Part shown: in pieces, positions 60,438 to 64,000 of the stretch | Position numbering within the stretch: position 1 is the first letter of the stretch | Layout: each line of letters begins with the position of its first letter | Source of the DNA: Octopus sinensis | Lineage: Eukaryota | Length of the DNA stretch: 64,000 nucleotides | Reading direction: 5' to 3' | Assembly (NCBI RefSeq): GCF_006345805.1 | Contig: NC_042999.1 | Span: 101,680,001 to 101,744,000 of the forward strand | The notes under the pieces: generated by a model | The model's input: the letters and a program-made list of their open reading frames with translations, nothing else | Databases searched by the model: none | What the model was told of the DNA's origin: nothing | Program-made: the position numbers and the translations under genes

Positions 60438-60948
60438 TACAGAATACTACTTTACAGAAAGATTCCCAAGAACGCTATAATGTAAGGGATGTCTGCACAT
60501 GTAATTTCATCTATATAGCTTGTTATTTAGTCCAAAGCAGCTCTGATCAAGCAACTCTATGATCAGAGACATTTTAGTAAATTAAAAACAATCCACCAAT
60601 TTTTGCAAGCATCATAACACATTATCTAATATGTTTTATTTTTTTAGGTTGTAGTATGTGATTTGAAGGAAATTTGGCTGCTATTTCTTGCAAGTTGACC
60701 GACCTACTTATATAAAAACTTCCTCATTGACTTACTATCACGAAGTTAGCAGAGGTGAGGTGTTGTGTATTCATTTGTAGCTGATAATTGTAACTAAATA
60801 TTACTTATGTGTATAGCAGTGCTGAAAACATTCCACAAATAACATCTAGAGCTTCCTTTAATATCAATGGTTTGAAATTTTAATGTGTTCAGCAACAGGT
60901 GAAATAAGTAATTCTGTTGATGAAAATATCACAAAATTCAACAATGAG

Positions 60949-60954
<6 letters not shown>

Positions 60955-61020
<66 letters not shown>

Positions 61021-61068
61021 TGTGTTTGTGCGTGTGAGTGTGTGTATATATATATATATATATATACA
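60955..61068. repeat. (TA)n/(TG)n compound microsatellite
   Basis: Seen directly. Confidence 0.95.
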
Positions 61069-62639
61069 TGCACACATATATTATAATATAATACAAGTGG
61101 CGACATTCTATTAAGAAAATGAACCAAATCATTAAATTGGACTGCGAAAAATGCTATTTATTCCTATATTGAGTTATTAGTATCAACTATGAGTGAATAA
61201 TGTAGCCAGTGTTAAAGCCAAGTGGATATCATACAATTCTTGTTTGCAAATGTATTGCGCTTATGTGGAGCTATTCATAGTGAAAGAATTTACTGTTCTG
61301 CTATTGTGCTGTCTGCTTATGAGGATTAACCATTATTTGATCCTCGTCATAGATAAGGGATGTGAAACCAATGGTAAATTGTGGCAATGCAACAGAATGA
61401 ATAAGCTGAAAGGAAACTTGTTAGAACAAAATTCATTCAGTAGGAAAAAAAGGGATGTAATTCCATTTGAGTGAGTTTTCAATTTTCTGAACATGACATT
61501 TTCTTTTACAAATTCTTTGGGTTTTTGTTTGTGCTGTTTCTTTTCTTTTTTTTTTTTTTAATTTTCTTGTTCAATTATTTATTTCTAAACTTTCTGAAGC
61601 CTTTATCAGTTGAATTCTTGTATTGGAGATAATCTTAAATCTGGTGAAAAGAAAACTGTTGTAACCTTAAATAATAATTCTAATTAATTCAAATAATAAA
61701 CTAAATTTTACATAGAAAATCAAGAGATTTTACAGATAAAAGTTTTGGGTCATTTTTTTTTTTTTTGAAAAACATTAATATATCATTGAGTTCTCATATT
61801 GATAAAGTGTCATTAATTTGCAGTGGAAAGTAGCAGACTTAATTAAATTCGCAAAACATAATGGATGCCTATTTTATGAAACAAAGTAAAATACTGTACA
61901 TTTTTTCATAAACCCAGTTTTACTGTTACAGATAATGTGAGAAACAATTGCATACTTCCATACCATGATGTATGGGCTCACAAATACATAGTATTTGCGT
62001 TGTTGCTCACACATACAAACATGCACAAAAATGGTAAAGAATTTCATGAACTTATCTCTTTCACTGGCTTCATGAGAAACATCCATACATCTATGTGGCC
62101 ACTGAACCTTTTAGAAATAGCAGCAAAATTTTCCTCAAATCAACATCCTATCATCTTAAAAAATGGATTGATATATTAGACAATGTAATTCTAAATACAG
62201 TGTGTCTAGACAAAAGATTCTGTTATGACACAAGAGCGCTTCTGACCATATAGCTGCTTCATAACAACTAACTAGAGTCCATAACAACAACTCTATTTTT
62301 CCCTAGAATTCTCAAGACCAACAATCTCATGATTTCAACCCGCAATTGCACAACTAAGTTAATTTCCAACTATGTAGAAAATTATATGTTGTTTTATCCT
62401 CCCAATTCAAGTATACTAACCATGTGATATACTTTAATCAATTCTGTTTCATTTTCAACATGAATGTGAAATCTTTTAACATTGTCTTCTCTCACAATGA
62501 CAATCTCTCCAACCTAGGATACTTTTTCGACCACGTTTCACTATAAAAAAAAGTAGCAGATTCTGATTAGCAAAATTACTCTTTAAATAGCTTCACCTTC
62601 TCTACTAAGTGAGTCTTACTAATATATCAATGATATAAC

Positions 62640-63720
62640 TATGATGTAACTGTTGTAATAACAATGCTTTTAATTTCTTTGATTTTTACCCACTTGCAGG
62701 TGGTCGTCCCTTAAGATTTACAACTATTACCTCAATCACTGAATTGCTACAACTTCTCTCAGAAGATATGAATTCATGTGCTTTACATCTTTCAAGAACA
62801 CCATCGCCTAGTATTTGAATGTTCTCCTACCATCTCTGACTCATTGCTTTTATTGTCCTTTCTGTCATTATTGACAGATAACACTGACCCCTCCCCTCCC
62901 CAGTCTAACTTCCATCTCACCAAACATACATTAAATCCATAAATCCACCCTCTTTTTCCCTCAATTTCTCCAACTTGCCATTAATGTACAGCTTTCTGTC
63001 ATCTCTGACAACACACACTCATATGTAGATGACACTATTTCTTCACTCCTTCTTAATTCCACCGTGCACAAACTTCCTCTGCATGCAACCCGGATATATC
63101 AAATAAAAACCTACATCCATGAACAAAGACATCAAAGATATTATCCAATAGAAATATGACAAAATTGTCTCTTTCAGCAGCTTAAAAACTACTTAAATCT
63201 GTAGCATGCTGTCTTGGACAACATGCAATCAAAACCTTCAAAATTACTTCAAATATTATGTCTCTTAAACTCTGATGATCTTTCCCAGTAATTACACATA
63301 CATACCCAAGCTAAATCTACATCACAAAGACTCATTTTTCTAAGGGTAAGAAAACACTTCAGTTCTGATCAATTGCTGTCTCTTTCATTACCCAGTTCAC
63401 AAGTGGAGCTTGAAAAGTCTACCCCTTCTCCTTCCCAAATTTAGCCTCACATACCTTAACGTATCCCTAGTTCCTAACACTCATTTCCATTACTACTACT
63501 ATGAAAAATGTCACTAAAACACTATTCAACTTTTCAAAGTATGTGATATGAACCAAGAACTCTACCTCACATTTCATTGCTTAATGTTACAAGTATAACT
63601 TCATTTCAGTTCAAACTTTAAAATCACCATTCTTTGCATAAGTTTGTCCTCTCAACTCAAAATTCAGTCATATCAATCGTACATTATCCAACACTATCTA
63701 AAAACAACCTCTATATAGGC
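62640..63720 (+). pseudogene. Highly degenerate non-LTR RT remnant
   Basis: C/A-rich strand bias typical of LINE coding strands and a THSYVDDT-like motif at ~63014-63037; no open frame. Confidence 0.35.
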
Positions 63721-64000
63721 TTTTAATTATCTTATCTTCTTAACCACAGTACTCTACAATAGTAATACATCATGGTTTGAGCTCATTTCAATAAAAGTTA
63801 CCAAACAGAGAAAGAATAATCTAATAGTTGCTTCAACTTTAATATAAAAGTCATATAACTTTATCTTACAAATCAAATGGCTGGTCTCAGTAATTAGACT
63901 ATGGCCAGGGCGGTGCGTCATCTTCATATTATCCCCAGCGCTTATTTCAGTCCAGTACTTGTATTATAAATCCATATTCATTTTGTAATCTAATTAATAC

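Overview
This is AT-rich, repeat-dense animal genomic DNA. The tRNA-derived SINE families, (GAT)n-tailed RTE LINEs and microsatellites are typical of an Octopus (coleoid cephalopod) genome; the species assignment is an inference. The first 43 kb hold 13 coding exons of a plus-strand gene, 367-43144, whose 5' end lies outside the window. Every exon junction is GT-AG and phase-consistent, giving about 627 aa. The peptide motifs match WDCP/C2orf44 (WD repeat and coiled-coil containing protein). One intron carries an apparently full-length, intact, sense-oriented RTE-clade LINE (about 31183-35827). Its 1055-aa APE endonuclease/reverse transcriptase ORF has a C4HC3 PHD finger inserted inside the RT domain. 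A splice acceptor at the start of that ORF is in phase both with an upstream donor inside the element and with the preceding WDCP exon. Other content includes a decayed copy of the same RTE, a mariner, a MULE remnant, an 8-bp-TSD TIR element, Helitron-like elements, TTAA MITEs, a Gypsy remnant and many SINEs. There are also several fold-back structures: an 88-bp hairpin, a ~1.5-kb old palindrome and a near-canonical minimal hammerhead motif. No prokaryotic features or CRISPR arrays were found. SINE and degenerate-repeat boundaries are approximate.
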